A stretch of 64,000 nucleotides of DNA from Epiperipatus broadwayi (GCA_028023455.1 JAQFVV010000008.1:8556001-8620000); one strand, 5' to 3'. Positions 1 to 14,189 are shown, numbered from the stretch's first letter. Numbers and translations are program-made. The notes: generated from the letters alone by a model not told the origin.

Positions 1-359
1 GGTAAACAGTTTCATATTTTTGCCAAGTATATAACAAATTTCATATGATGCTCGTGTCACCACTACTTCTTGTGAGATTGCCACTGACCTAACATTCTGT
101 TGTTGTTGCAATGATTTCTTGAAGAAAGCTACTTTTTCACTTCTTATTAAAGACCCATGAGCAAAAGTGACATTAAACAATTTATGTTTCATATTGTAAT
201 GACGATCATATTATATTTTTTTAATGTGACACTTTCTTGACAAATCAAACACGTTGCTGAACCTTTGTTATTCAACGCAACAAAATATTCGTCTTCCCAG
301 TTGTCTTGAAACATTCTATTTTCATCTGATAATATTCGTTTGTTGCTTGAAGACATCAT
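1..359 (-). pseudogene. Frameshifted N-terminus of GTF2IRD2-like hAT transposase
   Basis: Manual translation MSSSNKRILSDENRMFQDNWEDEYFVALNNKGSATCLICQESV..KKYN/(fs)RHYNMKH...RASYEICYILGKNMKLF matches the zinc-finger (C..C, H..H) N-terminus of this family. Confidence 0.8.
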
Positions 360-1275
360 TATGATGTTTAAATTATAGTTTGATATAAAATACTACGCGT
401 CTATGTGTATACTAATTCACGTATAAAACTAAAATGTTTCACTTAGCTTTGAAAAACACGGACTATTGATCGAATTAAAGTTTCAAATGTCTGATTGGTC
501 AATTATACAATCTGCAGTAAATGTATTTGTCTTTTTAAAATTATATTTGTTTTAGTTTAGTATCTAAAATGGAAATTTATTTGTCTGATTTCAGAAAGGT
601 TTTAAAAAAAGAAATTTCTATTTATAATTGATGATAATAATCTAACACTGTCAAATTATAATAAATGCTTATCATCCAATTATAAATTCCAGAAGTAATT
701 CATTGAATTCCTTATCAATATGTTTTAGTATGAAAGTACATTTGTTGACTAAAATCTGAGAAACAAACAAGTGGGGTAAAAAAAAAAAAGCTTAGTAAAT
801 TATGTTTTCGTTTTCGAATTCAAAATATAGAAATACAACTGTCGAAGTCATGGATTGGCATTCCCTTGTGAAGAAAAAACAATCAGAAGCTTGAAAAGAC
901 AGATTTATGTCATTATTATACCATTAAATTTAAATATTTACTGATTTTTTCCCTTGCAAAAAAAAATAAAATAAAATACTGGAGGTGCTAAAATCAGCGA
1001 AATAATGCTAAAGATAGCAGACTGAGAGCGAGTACAAGTCATATATGAAGATACTTGGCCATTTCTGATACAGATTTGGCAGGTTCTTCAGTTCTGTGAA
1101 ATTAAAAAAAAACATAACATTATTAGTGTGTCAATAAAAAATATCAATCGCACATGGTTATTCATTAATTAAGAAGAGTGTTGTCACATCTGTTGATTAT
1201 CAGTCTATTGCTGGGCCACAGATAAAAGCTTGGCAGGCCGCATGTGGACCAGGGGCTGCAGGTTGAGTATCACTG
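1..1275 (-). mobile_element. 5' part of a hAT DNA transposon (Charlie/SPIN, GTF2IRD2-like group), running off the left window edge
   Basis: Minus strand begins at 1275 with CAGTGATACTCAACCTGCAGCCC...CACATGCGGCC, a typical hAT-Charlie terminus. The flanking 8-mer gtctaaat resembles the NTCTAGAN target. Transposase N-terminus lies at 1-359. Confidence 0.85.
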
Positions 1276-1364
1276 GTCTAAATGAATGAGTCCATAGAAT
1301 CATTCAATGTTTCTTATTGTTTAGATGCCAATTTAGCAGTTTATTGAAAATTAGAGCATTTTTT

Positions 1365-2815
1365 AAACCATGTCCTCAATGTTGCTTGTCAAATTTTGTC
1401 ATTATACATATGATTGAGCCAAAACTTTCATCCTGACAATTTCAGGATTGCAAATTGAAAGACCATCTTGTGCATTTCAGATTACTTTATTAACTCCTAT
1501 AAGACATGTCTTTGGCCAGCCAAATTTGATCCTCATCATAACTTGAGCATATCCTTCATCATGCCTGAACCACCCGGCTATAACTGCATTGTTTATATTT
1601 TCAGAGTTCATCAAGTTTATGTAATTTATTTCTTTGATTACATATTATTTTCTTTATTGTCAGATAATTGGGATAGAACATCTGCATATCCACTCAGCTA
1701 TAACTGCATTGTTTATACTTTTGGAGTTCATTGGCTTTATGTAAGTTATTTCTTTAATTACATATTATTTTGTTTATTGTCAGATAATTAGGACAGAACA
1801 TCCGAATGTTCAATTTTTTTTTCCAGATTTATAAACTAACTCATAATTATAACTAGACAAAAATTTATCCAACATAGCATTCGTTGGCTCATATGTTCCA
1901 GAACTTTTTTTGATGTACCAAAAATAACTGATAGAGGGGCAATGGTCTGTGCAAATTTGAAATCTCCACCCATAAATGTATTAGTGGAACTTCTTGATTG
2001 TGAAAATGATGGCCAATGCTTTCTTATCAATTTGATTATAATTTTTTCAGTCAAAATCCAAACTCTGAAAGCATAGGCGATCGGACATTTGTCTCCATAA
2101 CATAGATGAGACATAATAGCTCCGATGCCATATTCGATGCAGCAGTTATTATAATACCCAGATCACTACAGTAATGCACCAACACAAGTTAATAAATCTT
2201 TAACATTTTGGAAAACCATGTCATATTTGCTGGTCCAGATCCAATGATGCTTCTTTTTTGAGAAGTTGGTATAACTGCAATAAACAGTATGATTTTTCCT
2301 TCATAAAACTTTCATAAAAATTTAAAAGTCCTAAAAACACACACAGTTTTTAGGCTTTTCGGCATTTTTATTGCCTTTACTTTATCAGGATCTGATAATC
2401 GGTCTTTGGCATTTATTATATGTCCAATAATTTTTTTTCCGTAAACCATATACTTTTATTATCATTTATTTTGACTTTGATCTTTTCTAGTTTTGAACAG
2501 ACTGTATCCACTCACTTTTCTAATTCTACTTCCCTTGCTGCAATAATCCATATAATTTATTCCAATTTTATAGTTTCTTATGACTGCATAAAGTTAACAA
2601 TTTTCCTATTTTTTCTGTCACTGGTATATGACGGAATGCAATCTTTAGATCTATTTTCACGAATTAATGAGTTTTCTATAATAGAGCTAATATTTCTCTT
2701 ATGCTTGGAACAGAATATGAATCTTTGTTTATGTATTTATTCAGAGTAGTTCTGTAATTGCCACACAATTGCAAACTTCCATCTAGTTTTACAAAGTGTG
2801 GCCCATGATAAACCT
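1365..2815 (-). mobile_element. Degenerate Ty3/gypsy LTR-retrotransposon pol (RT-RNase H-integrase zinc finger)
   Basis: Across stops and frameshifts on the minus strand: WAT..KLDGSLQLCGNYRTTLNKY..YSVPSI, FVKIDLK.AF (RT); PDKVKAI; (D)AS.YGIGAIMSH....PIAYA (RNase H); FGWP; IVRMKVLAQSY (integrase HHCC region). The order is gypsy-type. Confidence 0.8.
1571..1810. repeat. 120-bp tandem duplication inside the gypsy remnant
   Basis: 1571-1690 and 1691-1810 align without gaps (both start cac.c.gctataactgcattgtttata). This explains the internal repeat in ORF 1468-1791. Confidence 0.95.
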
Positions 2816-3845
2816 TTAGTTAGTGAAAATTCCTCTAGAGATATTCAAAAATCATGTGTTTAATGCAATGTGTGCATAACTATAAATTGATAAGCTGATT
2901 TAATTTGTTAGCACTTTTCTTATTGTTTGTGTCACACATATTTGAAATTAAAAGAATTGATATATATATATAAATGTGCATTTTATATAATAAATCCCTG
3001 GGTAATTATAAACCACATGTGAATTTATTATGTTCGCTCGCCTATCCATGATCTATATTATTTCCATTTGAGGTACTCGTAGACAATTGTTTTGATTAGG
3101 TAGAGACTTTTCTTCCCATGAATTATATTTCCCTTCTTTCTACTCAGTATGATAGAGGCCTATCTATAATTGTTCTATTATAAAGTAGAGTCAAATCACA
3201 GTATATAGGTTCAGTTTTGTAATGGCTTGTGTGTGTGAAAATTTAGTGGATTTAGGTTGCTTTATTATTGATTGTTCATTTAATGCAAAAGTGAAATATA
3301 TGTGTGTACCTCTTAATAAATCGTAGAGTAATTGTTAAACTTCAGAGATGTTCCAATATTATAATGTATATGAATTGTCATATCATATTAAACCCTCTTG
3401 TCTTTTAACTGCATTGGACCATGCTGTAAATAAACATTGTCTTGTTGATTTTTAGATTTGTTTCAGCATTTTATTTATTGTTATCTTCTCTGATAATTGA
3501 TATTTACCAAGAATCTCTGCTCTCCATGATCTAAAGGCAATTTTAAATATGGGATTGATGGTACAGCTGTGATAAGCATTTACACTTGATATCCTCACCA
3601 ATAAGCTCCCATTTTCTAGGTTATAAGTCTAGTAGCAGTTTCTGGTGGTGGATATTAATTTGCCTGTTGTTCAATAAAGTACACATAACTAAATATGATA
3701 TATATATATATAAGGGCTATACATATTAATTTATAGCAGAAATATTTAGTGATATATATAAATCAACTATAAGTCTCAAGTCAATTTAAAGTACAATATA
3801 GTTAGTTTTACATTTTCATTTACTGTGCCAATACTAAAAAGTAAA

Positions 3846-4190
3846 AAATAAATAGAAATAATACTTTTTTTGTATGTTAAATGCTTTTATTTATTGTGCA
3901 CTAAAAAGCAAAAAAATAATTGTTTTTCCAACCATAATTATGGTTTTTAAATTTAATTTGAAATAAAAGCATGGGGGAGAGGGCAGAAATTAATTAAATC
4001 AATCCCTATTTTTCATAACAAGACATTGATTTAATTAATTTCTGGACCTCCTCCCACACAATGCTTTTACTTCCAAGTTAAATCTAAAAACTCTAATTAT
4101 GGCTGAAGAAACAATTATTTTTCTTTTTGCTTTTTATTGCACAGTAAATAAAAGCATTTAACATAACTTTTTTTTATCTCTATTTATTTA
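3846..4190. repeat. Imperfect fold-back inverted repeat (MITE-like), arms about 160 bp, spacer about 20 bp
   Basis: ttaaatgcttttatttattgtgca...gaaattaattaaatcaat (left arm, ends about 4003) is mirrored by attgatttaattaatttc...tgcacagtaaataaaagcatttaa (right arm, starts about 4025). Confidence 0.85.
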
Positions 4191-6691
4191 CTATTCCATT
4201 GATTGTAGCAAACATTGAATGATCATTTTCTAAATTAAAGATAATAAATTATTTAAGAAATTATATGAGCCAAATTATATTTTTTAATTTAAGTTCTTTT
4301 TACCCATAGAAAATGAAATTATTAAATTTCTTGATCTAGAAAATATTATAAATATATTAACTGCTGACAAAATTAGAAAATTAAACTGTAAATTAACGAA
4401 ATGTGAAAATATAATTTTGTCAAAGTGATAGAACAGGGGCTCAATAGCTTTGAGAGAGGCACCAAAAAGCTAGTTAGGTTATTAACATTGGCATGCTGAA
4501 TAATATAACATAGCACTTGGTTTTATGATCTTGCTATCATATTTTAGAACATCTGCAGTCTCGATATTTAGATCTAAATCATAAAACTTTCATAATTTCT
4601 TTATATCATTAAGAGGCTATCATCTCATATTTTTTGTCTAAAGATAGTTAAACTAGGCATCAATAGTTGTTTATTATTGCTTGACATCCACTTAACACAA
4701 TGTATGGTAATATCTCAATTTTAGACATGCTTAATAAACTTTAATGATCTTTTAAATCTTTACATTGCATATCACACATATAAATAATGATTTAAGAGCA
4801 ATTAGATTATAAATATATTTCAGCTTAAAGTCAAATATTTTACTTTATAGATAAATCAGTCCCAAAACTAACTGATACTTTACTTTGATGAAGAACACTT
4901 ACATCTCTAATATTCAAGTGAAATATTTTTGATTTTTTAATAGGTCTGTTATGAAAAGATAATCATCTGATAGTATATAGATTAATTCTTATTGAATCAA
5001 ATATTTTTAGTTTTACTAGTACAGAAAATGTCCTACTTAGGTAAATCTGAACTCACATAAATACAGTGGAGTTGCAAACTACACTTGTATAGTACATAAT
5101 AGCTTATGTTTTGTTGACAAACACTGATTAGAATAGAATACATATTGTTCATTGAATTATGAATATATAACACTTTTCAACATGCATATATATACATAAC
5201 AGACATTTTTTTATATGTATAATACATACATAAATTAAGTTTATAGTAAAAACAAAAATTTAAAAAAATAATATAGATACTGTGTTGAAAGGCAACTCAG
5301 CAAATTAATAAACAAATTTATTTTAATTTCACTTTGGCTGTATTATTAGATATTTACATATATTTTACTGAGTAAGTTCCCTCATGCATTCACTAAAGCA
5401 ATAAGAATAAGAGAAAAAAAATCTAACTCCAATAATGAAACATCCAACTTTCATTGCTATTAAACACACTCTGAACAATATTCTTTTTTCCCAATAATTT
5501 TTTTATCTTATAGAAATGTAATAGTGATTTTGTTATCAAAAAACTGGAATCTAATTGTTTTAATGTTTTAAAGTCAATATCAACTTTTACTATATTCTAA
5601 AATTTTGTAAAACTTTTAGCATTATTGCTCAGAAAATATTTTAATCTTCAAAATACTGTTCAACAAATTCAGAAAGGATAATAAAAGAAAAATAAAATAT
5701 AAGTGCTTTCAACATAAATATAATTTTTTTTATTAATAAACATAATCGCGTACAATATTCCAAAATGAAAAAACAGTTATTGGCATACTGTAAAATTTAT
5801 TGACAAATTAAAAAAAGATTTTTTAAAATGTGATTGCAGCATTTAGTTAGAGAAGTAACAATGGTTGCGCAAATATAAAATTTGCAAATTTTAATATATT
5901 TTTTGCATGTTCGTTTATATTTTTCTTTGGATAGTGTATATTTAAAATTGTTTAGTAAGATAAATCATAATTCATGGCCACATTGTAATTCCCAGCATAT
6001 ATAAAATTCAAAAAATATGATGTCCAAGATAATACATCCCTCATTTCTTGTGAGTCTCATGTTGTATGAATGTCATTTGTCAAAAAATATTTTTATATTC
6101 TGCAACAGAAAAATGTATTCATAATATTCAGCTGAAGAAAAAAATCTGACTTAAAAAAGATATAGCTTATGAAAAAAGTCACAAGTAGAAAACTGTCTCT
6201 ATAAAATTATTTTGTAATATGGAATCCATTATTTATATATATATATATTCAGTGGATTGATAGAAAAGTTAAGATAAGAAATCAAGTAAAAATTCTTGTA
6301 CAAACATATTTTATAATTATGGTTTGCTATTGAATGCTTTTATTTGATTTAGAGTTAATATTTTAGTATAATTATATTCTAATTAAAACCCAATTGTATT
6401 TAAATAGAATTTATATCATAAGTTCATATACAAAATAAATTTTCACTTGATGTGCCTATAATGAATGGTATAATGTTAGAAAATAATAAGGAATAATTAG
6501 ATTTAATATATCAATAGTCATATATATAATCATACTCCAATCATAAAAAAATTCTAGATACGGATAATAAGAATTTAATAATAACCATCAATTACTACAC
6601 AATTTTGTTAATTAGTAAATCTATAGTTTTATCACTGTTAAAAAAAAATCGAATTTGAAAATAAAGACTCCTGCAAAAATTTGATTACTAT

Positions 6692-6769
6692 TACAAAAAA
6701 ATAAAATTTAATCCTTCAATAAAAATCTGGAATTATGAATATCTTTACTGAAACAGAATAATTTTTGAC
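6692..6769 (+). repeat. Dispersed repeat of about 78 bp, second copy at 13472-13548
   Basis: tacaaaaaa.taaaatttaatccttcaataaaaa.ctggaatt.tgaatatcttta.tgaaaca.aataatttt occurs at both positions in the same orientation. Confidence 0.85.
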
Positions 6770-7176
6770 AATAAAATATGTTAAGTAACTAAAAAGCTTG
6801 ATAATAAAATGAATATATAATAGAAGGAAATTGTTTTATTTTCTGCCCATCTTTATGTATGATATGGAAATAAACTGCAAATAATGTTATTTTAATTAGA
6901 AAAAAATGTTTAAAAATAAACAAATTTGAAGATCTGTAGTTTAAAATTTAAATATAAATAATTATATATATATTGTGATAGTTAGATTCAGTACAACCTT
7001 TGAAAAGATATGAGATTTTAGAAAAAAAAATTATTTGTATGATATAAAATTAATCTATAAATAAAATGCTCTTTAATTCCAAATTGCATTAAAAATTTAT
7101 ATGTGATCATGTATTTAGTAATTAGATACTCTGTACATTACATTGACCATGTTTTCCATATTTCTATATTTATCAT

Positions 7177-7249
7177 TCTTATTATTTATAGTTATAATTT
7201 GGCACCCATATTCTCTTATTATTTATAGTTACAATTTGGCACCCATATT
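7177..7249. repeat. 37-bp tandem duplication
   Basis: tcttattatttatagtta(t/c)aatttggcacccatatt occurs twice. Confidence 0.9.
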
Positions 7250-8132
7250 TTCTGGGCTTGATAATTCTATTTGTATAAATTATAATTTAATTTATTTTTA
7301 ATGTGACCTGAAATGTGATTCATTATAATGTTGTTAACATTTTTGCTTACTATAATAATTTTTTTTCTTCTCAAATATTTAGTATAATGTATATTGTAAC
7401 TGAAAATATTTATTTTAAAGAAAACTTATTCGTCAAAAATAATTAGTAGTTAGAGTCATTTTATATATACACGTCCCCCTGTGCTATTACACATGGTATT
7501 ATTCAAATGCCCTACTTAAGTATTCATGCTATTCAAAAAAAAAGAATGAAACATGATAAAGTTTATTGTGACATCAAAATAGATGTGAATTATACTATCT
7601 AAGTTTTGTTTAGTTGATGTAATTAATCTTTCAAATAATAATAAGTACTTAATATAAAATTTTAGTAATATAAAGGTTATTAGAATGTGTAGCTTTAATA
7701 TTTAATTAGTGAATATGGTTTTATGATGAGAATTGAGGTTTAGCTCATGCTTAATTTTATAGAAAATTACAGCCTAAATAAAGTTAGATATAATGGAAGA
7801 TTGATTAAAGCTAATTTTAGGCTTAGAAAATGATAAACTAGTCAGTGGATTTATTTGTGTTATAATGTCATTGTTAGATTATTAAAATTGACTGATAATT
7901 TATTTGACTTATTGTATTCCTAGAGCTTAAAATATCTGAATAAAGTTAGTTTATCTAAATAAATATTGAAGTTAGTTACAAATGCACAGGATAACTATTA
8001 AACAGATTAAATTTAAAAGGATGTAAAGTAAGTTCCAGTATGTGTGTATGACTTGGTATGCATGATTATTGGTTTACTAATTTATTTAAAAATATTTATG
8101 ATTAATTCAGCATTGAAAGTGTTTTAAATATA

Positions 8133-8234
8133 GTCAAGCATTGTTAGCCGAGAAGTCATCGCAGCCGCCTTGCAAGTAAGTAGTTGGTTGCAGACGGTTG
8201 TGGGTTCGCGTCCCGGCTGATGCTATGACATATG
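8133..8234 (+). mobile_element. tRNA-derived short SINE or retroposed tRNA-like copy with 18-bp TSD
   Basis: A-box-like TAGCCGAGAAG, B-box-like GGTTCGCGTCC, CTTGCAA loop, and complementary ends AGCATTG/TGATGCT. Exact direct repeat GAAAGTGTTTTAAATATA at 8115-8132 and 8235-8252. Confidence 0.85.
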
Positions 8235-8747
8235 GAAAGTGTTTTAAATATATAAGTTTCAGAGCTTCTTATATATTAAAAGTAATAATTCATAAAGGTG
8301 ATAATTTAAAAAAAAAAAAAGGTATTACTTATTTTATTGTTTTATTTTTTATTATTAAATAACTTTAAAAGTAAAGGCCAATTAACGGAAAGTTTTAAAT
8401 TATCACATGATAATTAGAAATAGATCAATATGATGTAATTTTTAATTTAGTTCCTTGTCATACTTTACATATTTTTTGCCAGAAGTCAGATATAAAGGGG
8501 TGGATAATTAAAATGTTCATCAAAATAGGGAACATATAAATAGGGGGATTTGTAGTGTGTGAGGAGCTCTCATCTCAGACCAGCAAACCAACAAAGTAAA
8601 GCTCTCATCTCAGCTTCTCTATCTTTGTGTATGTCATCAACAAGCAGGCATTAAAAGTTAATGTATAATTTTTTTATCTAAATTCAAAATGATAATTTTT
8701 ATAAAATCGTATTATTTGTAAATTCATGATATACTGCTAAGCAAAAC

Positions 8748-8874
8748 ATGGGGTACTGGGTTTTCCGTACTATAGCCTTATCAGGAAACTTTGAAAGGAA
8801 TCAACAAAAGTTGGTGTTGTGTGTTAATTCATTACATCCAATTGTGCGTGAACTGAGATTTGAGGAAGGAAAAG
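8748..8874 (+). CDS. Candidate coding exon of an unidentified host gene
   Basis: Locally GC-raised. Only one frame is open from the ATG (MGYWVFRTIALSGNFERNQQKLVLCVNSLHPIVRELRFEEGK), ending at AAAG|GTAATA (phase 1). No recognised homology. Confidence 0.25.
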
Positions 8875-11800
8875 GTAATATATTTTCCATTATCTTTTCA
8901 AAACTATAACAAACATTATATTGGACCATTTTATTGTGCATTTTTTACCTTTAGTAAAGTGATATTACAATTAACAGTTCATAGACTTTTGAGATTTAAT
9001 TTATAAGTAGAGAAAGAAATGCTTCAATGAAAATTAATATTATTTAACTCAGAAATGCTTAACTCCTGACAATTAGAGTAATAATAATTTCATTTTTAAA
9101 TGTTTTCTTAATAATGATTTTAAAAACTGACTTGTGTATTTTACAAAATGAAATGAACTTATTTAATCTCTGAGAAAATAATTATATTAATGTTTGCAAG
9201 AGAACATTTTAAATGTGAAATGAGTGGATGCATTGGTATGAAGTATTATGTAAAATATATTATTTTAAATGAATAACAATACTATGGAATGTAAAAAAAA
9301 ACTGTTTAAACTGCTTATTTTAAAATGAATAGTAATTTATTAATTGCTATCATTAGTTACCTTTGCATGAATACAATACTATTTTAAATAATTATATGAA
9401 ATTCTCTTTCAAAATGACTGAAGTGTTAATTTTCCAAAATATACCTGCTGATAAATTTAAAGAAATATTCCTAATAATATATTTGCTACTGGAATTAAAA
9501 AATTGAAACAAGCTATAGCAAACTCTTTAGATTGACTTATAAACGAATGAAAATGGATCCAAATCTATTGCAGTAATTGTTTTTAAGTGTTGCTGCTTTT
9601 GTATATCATTTGTCTCTGGGAGGTCCCAGTGCTTTTGTTATTTTAAAAATGTAACAAGTCATGGATGCATTGCTTCTAAAATTAATTTGCCATTAAAAGT
9701 ATTTTTGTTAATTATATGATAAAATTATGTATTTATTCTTATGTTAAAAAAAATAACATTTATACATTTTTTTTTTTTTTTTGGCTTAAAATAAAGTATA
9801 TGATATATGTGTCCAGGTAAAGATACACATTTCTTTACATTTGTGAGTGGTATTATAATAATATCCTATTTATCTCTCTATGGGTAAAAAACAGTCAATA
9901 TTTGGTTTATCAGAGGCTCATAAAAAAATCATCTATAATAGTATAATTTTATTATGAAGTTATTAATATGACAAGGTATTTATCATTATTATATTTAGTA
10001 ATATTTGCATTTGCTTTTTATGTCCTCTTTAGTTTTTAAAATTTTATACTGTTTTTATTGAATATGTATTTCTTATTATTTGCAAAATTTTATTATGCTA
10101 CTTAAAGGTATTTTTATAGTCATTTGACTTGCATTCATTTGTTGGTTTTGAGCATTATTTAGTGTATGTATTTTAGAGATTGAAAATTTATTTCTCTAGT
10201 TTTTAAGTGATATGTTTTTATCTTGCCTAGGTTGTGTTAAGGATATATGCTAGTCCCTTTAAATAATTTTGGGGATGCATGTGACTTTATTAATGTTATG
10301 TATTAATTATATTGTACTTTGGAGGATTTGAGCATGCTCTCCCCAATGTTTAGTATTTATTTTTCATGAGAGGATTATATTTTGATATTTCATGATTGTC
10401 TGTCATGCTTAGCCAATGTAGCTTGATCCTTAGATAGAATTTTCTGATGGTTTATATTCCATTTCCCATGTGTTAGAACTTTGTCCACACATATATTTTC
10501 CTGAGACAAGGTATTGGAATAGGCCATTGTTTCTTTCCAGATGTAGTTGGGGCTCTGAGAAGCCTTTCTCCCTCATGAAGATATTAAGTTATATTCCATC
10601 ATGTGAGGTGAAGTTAATGAATGTGTTAAATTGGTCATGGCAATTGAAAAGGTAGAATTTTGAAGTATATAGTCACTTCAAAGACACTTTTCTATTCATA
10701 GTGTTTAGCAAAATGAAATAATGTATGTATTGTACTGTTGTGCCTTGCCAGTAGTTTACAATAAAAACAACAAATATGTTAGTAATTTAATGTTGACGTG
10801 AGTGAATAGCATAAGATACACACATATGTAATATTATCATTACCCAGAAGTAATTCGCTGATGGATTGGTAAGATAATTAAAGGTTAAATAATTTATTAG
10901 GTAGATATGAGCAAAATCTAGATACGTTGTGTACCTGGCTTCTGGAGAGTTTTCTCTTTTTTTTTTATATTGCTAAAGTTAATAAATGCCAGATAGTAGT
11001 TTTCTTATTTATGTCTTGTATGATATTTAATATTATCGTAACAATTTGTTGATAAAGGTTCAGCTATCTATCAGTTAAGAATTAAGCCTTCTAATTTTAT
11101 TTTATTTTTAGTGCTATAAATGGAATATTATTAGTTAATATGCAAACTAATAGTAGCCAACTGGACATGAAAGTATGTCTTAAATATTGTTGTCAATTAT
11201 AGTTTAAAAGCCTTTAGTAAATGATTATTTTAGAGAAATAGCATAGATTAATAAATATGCTTAAAAATTAGTTAACAAAATAGTGAATTATTCTTGCTTT
11301 GAAATGAATGTATAGTAAAATAAAAATAGTGTTAGCCAAATTAGACGTTTAACCAAAAATTTACCAAATTTGAATTAACAAAAACCACCCAAATATTTGT
11401 ATAAATAATTAGTAAGTTTGCAAATTTAAAGGCGATTATTTTGTCTATTATTTATGCATCTTGTACAATAAAACAGCGCTTATGTTTTGCAGATGACTTT
11501 TCTTTTGTAGCAATTGTTATTAAATTTTGAATAATGTGAACTTGATGTTAACTGTCAATAAATATGTTTATTACTATCATAATTTAGTCTCTGTCTCTAT
11601 ATATAATGATTTCTTGAGTCCTCAATTATTAATTGTTACAGAAATCTTGGTTTAAATCAGATGATCAATTCAAATAAGGTACAGATCCAAATTTAAAAAT
11701 ATTTATTTGATTTACTTTGAATTGATTTAATTTAAGACTGCATATTATTTAATTATTCTACAAATGAAGATTACATTATTTCAAAAGTTGATTTTAAATT

Positions 11801-12836
11801 ATGTTGTAGGTGAGTATTAGAATGACATAAAAGGTACCCATTTCCTTCTAGATATTTGAATGTCATCCTGGATGAAAGACTTTGATTTTTCCAAATCTAT
11901 ATTTTTTTATGCATTTGTTAGTTAAATTAAATATTCTTTAATTAATTATTATTATGGGTTTTGGGGATACATTAACTTATAAGAGAAGTGTATGTCTCCT
12001 TTAGTCTATTACAATGTCATTCATACTTAAAACTATACTTAAGATTATTGCATATTATTTTATGATTACCCAAATTATTTGATTGTTGCAAATATCAAGT
12101 GTTGCATTAATAAACCAATTATAGTTCAATATACTACCAGAAAAGTACATTAGCTTTTACTCAATTACAGTATTTCTGATCAGATCATGGCAATAAGATG
12201 AATTGGTGATTAACATTTGTTTTTCAAGATATTTTAAGAAGGTATAATAGAAGAAATTCATTATATTTTATATGACATGAAACCTACCTATGCTACTTGG
12301 GAGATGCACTTTAATATGAGAAGGTTGATTGATTTTAAAAGTGGTGTATAAGAATGAGTGAGGTTTCTCTTCTTAATTTATTTGTTTATACTATGATAGT
12401 ATGCATTTGTCATTATTTTAATTCCCTTATATTTTAATGCATGTATCGGTAGTAAATATTATCACAAATAACTCATTGAGCTTAGCTGAAGGAAATCATC
12501 ATCATCAGAATGGTGGAATATAGTATATCATTCTTATGAATCTCTGATTTTAGTTTGTTTGGATGTCGGGTGATGTTGCTAGTAGGTTAGATGGCTTAGA
12601 ACAAAATGTAACAGATATGACCCACTGAATTTAGCAAAATATATTTTGTTTTTTATATTGGATACGTAATAAATATTTTAATGCCCACAAAAAAACTCAA
12701 TGGGTAAATATAATTATCATTAGAAAGTCATAATTTATAGCTATTTTATAAATTTTGCAACCTAAAAGACAGCTGACCTTTTCTCTTCTTATTTAACATG
12801 TTCAGCATTTCCTTTTTTTTCTTTTCTTTGCTACAG

Positions 12837-12883
12837 ATATGTTCAATATTAGCAATAAAGTCAAATACGCAATGACAAACATG
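12837..12883 (+). CDS. Candidate 47-nt internal exon
   Basis: Strong polypyrimidine acceptor tttcctttttttttcttttctttgctacag. Phase-1 reading (D)MFNISNKVKYAMTNM. Donor ATG|GTTAGC. Confidence 0.25.
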
Positions 12884-13210
12884 GTTAGCATTTAGTGACT
12901 TAAAAAATTCTATATTGCATTAAAGTTTACATTATAAATCATGAATTAATTTGAATAAATATGTTGTCTGTACTGATAGTCAAAGAATGAAGGAAGTTAT
13001 AATACATTATTTGAAAGTAACAACACAAAATCCTAATAAATATTCTGCATAAACTAATTTAATAACTAAAACACTCACTATCAGTATATTTAAAAATTAT
13101 AATGCCTAAAGTTGTTAAATTATTAACTATGTTAGATCTCATTTCCATACAGATTATTTTTAATTTTGTCAAAATATTGGACAGTCAACATAATAAGACT
13201 TTTTTTTTTT

Positions 13211-13313
13211 CATATGTCATAGCATTGGCCGGGAGGTGAACCCACAACAACCGTCTGCAACCAACTGCTTGCTTGCAAGGCAGCTGCGCTGACCTTTCGG
13301 CTAACAATGCTTG
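13211..13313 (-). mobile_element. Second copy of the tRNA-derived SINE
   Basis: Reverse complement aligns end to end with 8133-8234 and is followed by an A-run on the element strand (T-run at 13199-13210). Confidence 0.85.
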
Positions 13314-14189
13314 TTTAGGAAATTACAGGTCTTCTTCAATTCAGATAATCAGGCATAAATTTTGTTTGATTGTTTAACAATTTCTTCAAGTCCAAGAAGA
13401 CTTGCATATATTTCTTCAAAAATTAATAAAACTAACTTGTGAGAAGAAGGAAATAATGTAAAAAATTTTAATACAAAAAAGTAAAATTTAATCCTTCAAT
13501 AAAAAACTGGAATTCTGAATATCTTTATTGAAACAAAATAATTTTGACTGTTTTTTTACACATTATACTATTTTAAAAAAAAAAAATTCTCATGTACTTT
13601 TATAGCATTTATATCATTTACAATAATTTTTTTTACAATATTTTTTGAAAATTCATTGACAACAATTCTTGACTCAATATCCATTTATAAATACAGCTGA
13701 AATAGCTGGCATAATAAGAATATAAAAAACTTCCATTAAATAATTTCTGAAGTAGCATAATAGAAAAACAATGCTTGAATATCTCAAAACGATCAGTTTA
13801 ATTATCAATTCCTTTAACTGGTATTTATCTATGATGAACAGAATTTTCATATTTTACAACAAAAAAATAAAGCATAGACATACATTTGACACTACATTTG
13901 ATATAAAAAGAATTTTTAATTCAAAGATATAAAAATACCAATTTCATTCAAAATTAACTTTTTGCTTCTTTTTAAAAATAAAATTTTCATATATTTAAAT
14001 GAATATTATATTCAAACAAAGTACTGTTGTAATTTATTATTATTTTTTTATTGTTTTAAGCAATCATTTGAGTATCAGTACTTATTTTCATTTTAATGTA
14101 AATAATTACAAATTTTAGCATAAGAATTCCATAAATAAATTGAGAATTATAAATAAAAGAATGTTTGGCAAATGCTGCTGTAACGCATA

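Noticed and set aside
10230-10660. ORF 10470-10655 and a possible antisense PLE thumb remnant
   Set aside because: No convincing motif in either reading.
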